Source: Raja brachyura | Taxonomy: Eukaryota | Direction of reading: 5' to 3' | Assembly: GCA_963514005.1 (NCBI GenBank) | Contig: OY740796.1 | Coordinates: 43,834,001-43,898,000 of the forward strand | Length of the DNA stretch: 64,000 nucleotides | Shown here: in pieces, positions 63,078 to 64,000 of the stretch | Layout: every line of letters starts with the position of its first letter | Numbering within the stretch: position 1 is the stretch's first letter | Program-made: the position numbers and the translations under genes | Notes under the pieces: model-generated | The model's input: the letters and a program-made list of their open reading frames with translations, nothing else | What the model was told of the DNA's origin: nothing | Database searches by the model: none

Positions 63078-64000
63078 TTTGGTTAGGCCACATTTGGTGT
63101 ATCGTGTACAGTTGTGGTCACCCTATTACTGGATGGATGCGGTAGCTTTGGAAAGGGTGCAGAGGTGGTTTACCAGAATGATGCTGGATAAAGGGGGCAT
63201 TAGCTACAGGGAGAAGTTTCTATTGTTTTCTTTGGAACACTGGAGATTGCGGGGAGAAGAATATAAAATTATGAGAGTCGTAGATAGGGTGGGCAGTCAG
63301 ATACTTTTTCTCAGGATGGAAATATCAAATACTAGAGGGCATTGTTTAGTTTAGTTTAAACATACAGCGTGGGAACAAGCCTTCGGCCAACCGAGTCCGC
63401 GCCGACCAGCAATCCCCGCACATTAACACTATCCTACACACACGAGGGACAATTTCCAATAACACCAAGCGAATTAGCCTACAAACCTGGGGGTTACACA
63501 AAAAGCTGGAGAAACTCAGCGGGTGCAGCAGCATCTAAGGAGCGAAGGAGATAGGCGACGTTTCGGGTCGAGACCCTTCTTCATCCTACAAACCTGGAAG
63601 TCTTTGGAGAGTGGGAGGAAACCAGAGATCCTGGAGAAAACCCACGCAGGTCACGGGGAGAACGTCCAAAAACTGTACAGACCGCATCCGTAGTCGGGAT
63701 CGAACCCGGGTCTCCGGAGCTGTAAGGCAGCAACTCTACCGCTATCCCACAGTGCCACTCTAAGCTTTAAGGTGAGAGGAGCAAAGTTTAAAGGAGGTGT
63801 GCGGGGCAAACATTTTTTACACAGGGGGTGGTGAGTGCCTGGGATAGACGCAGATAAAAATAGTGGCTATTAAGAGAACTTTAGATTGGCATTTGGATGT
63901 GCATGACATACAGGGGTATGGATTATGTGCAGGCAGATAATAGTTGGTCTTGGCATTATGTTTGGCGCACACATTGTGAGCTGAAGGGCCTGTTCCTATT
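63078..64000 (+). mobile_element. CR1 3' fragment split by a V-SINE (63345-63757, minus) that holds a Penelope fragment
   Basis: VRPHLVYRVQLWSP..ERVQRWFTRM; Penelope insert flanked by TSD CCTACAAACCTGG. Confidence 0.85.

Noticed and set aside
1-64000. Host protein-coding genes among the listed ORFs
   Set aside because: Recognisable peptides are all TE-derived (CR1, Rex1, L1, Tx1, RTE-X, GIY-YIG, YR) or recurrent translations of SINE/Penelope repeats. A small host exon cannot be excluded without RNA data.

Overview
Eukaryotic DNA with no recognisable host gene, very probably an elasmobranch (skate/ray) intron or gene desert, judged from its HE1/V-SINE, CR1(HER1)-type LINE and Deu-SINE content. 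It is a mosaic of decayed transposable elements: about 25 V-SINEs, many CR1 and Rex1/Babar fragments, L1, Tx1 and RTE-X 3' pieces, over 30 Penelope-like terminal fragments carrying a minimal hammerhead core, an internally deleted DIRS1 retrotransposon with intact terminal/ICR architecture, and DNA-transposon MITEs. Repeat-poor, possibly regulatory stretches and three N gaps lie between them. The strongest signal is a set of very short non-coding retroelements (about 140 nt and 190 nt families, plus a fragment of a still smaller one). They begin at nucleotide 1 of an HDV-like ribozyme fold, end in a shared (GAA)n tail, and mostly sit between target-site duplications. A 400-nt RTE-derived element also starts with an HDV-like fold. 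All folds were assigned by eye and activity is untested. Family names come from recalled consensus features, not database searches, and boundaries of decayed repeats are approximate.
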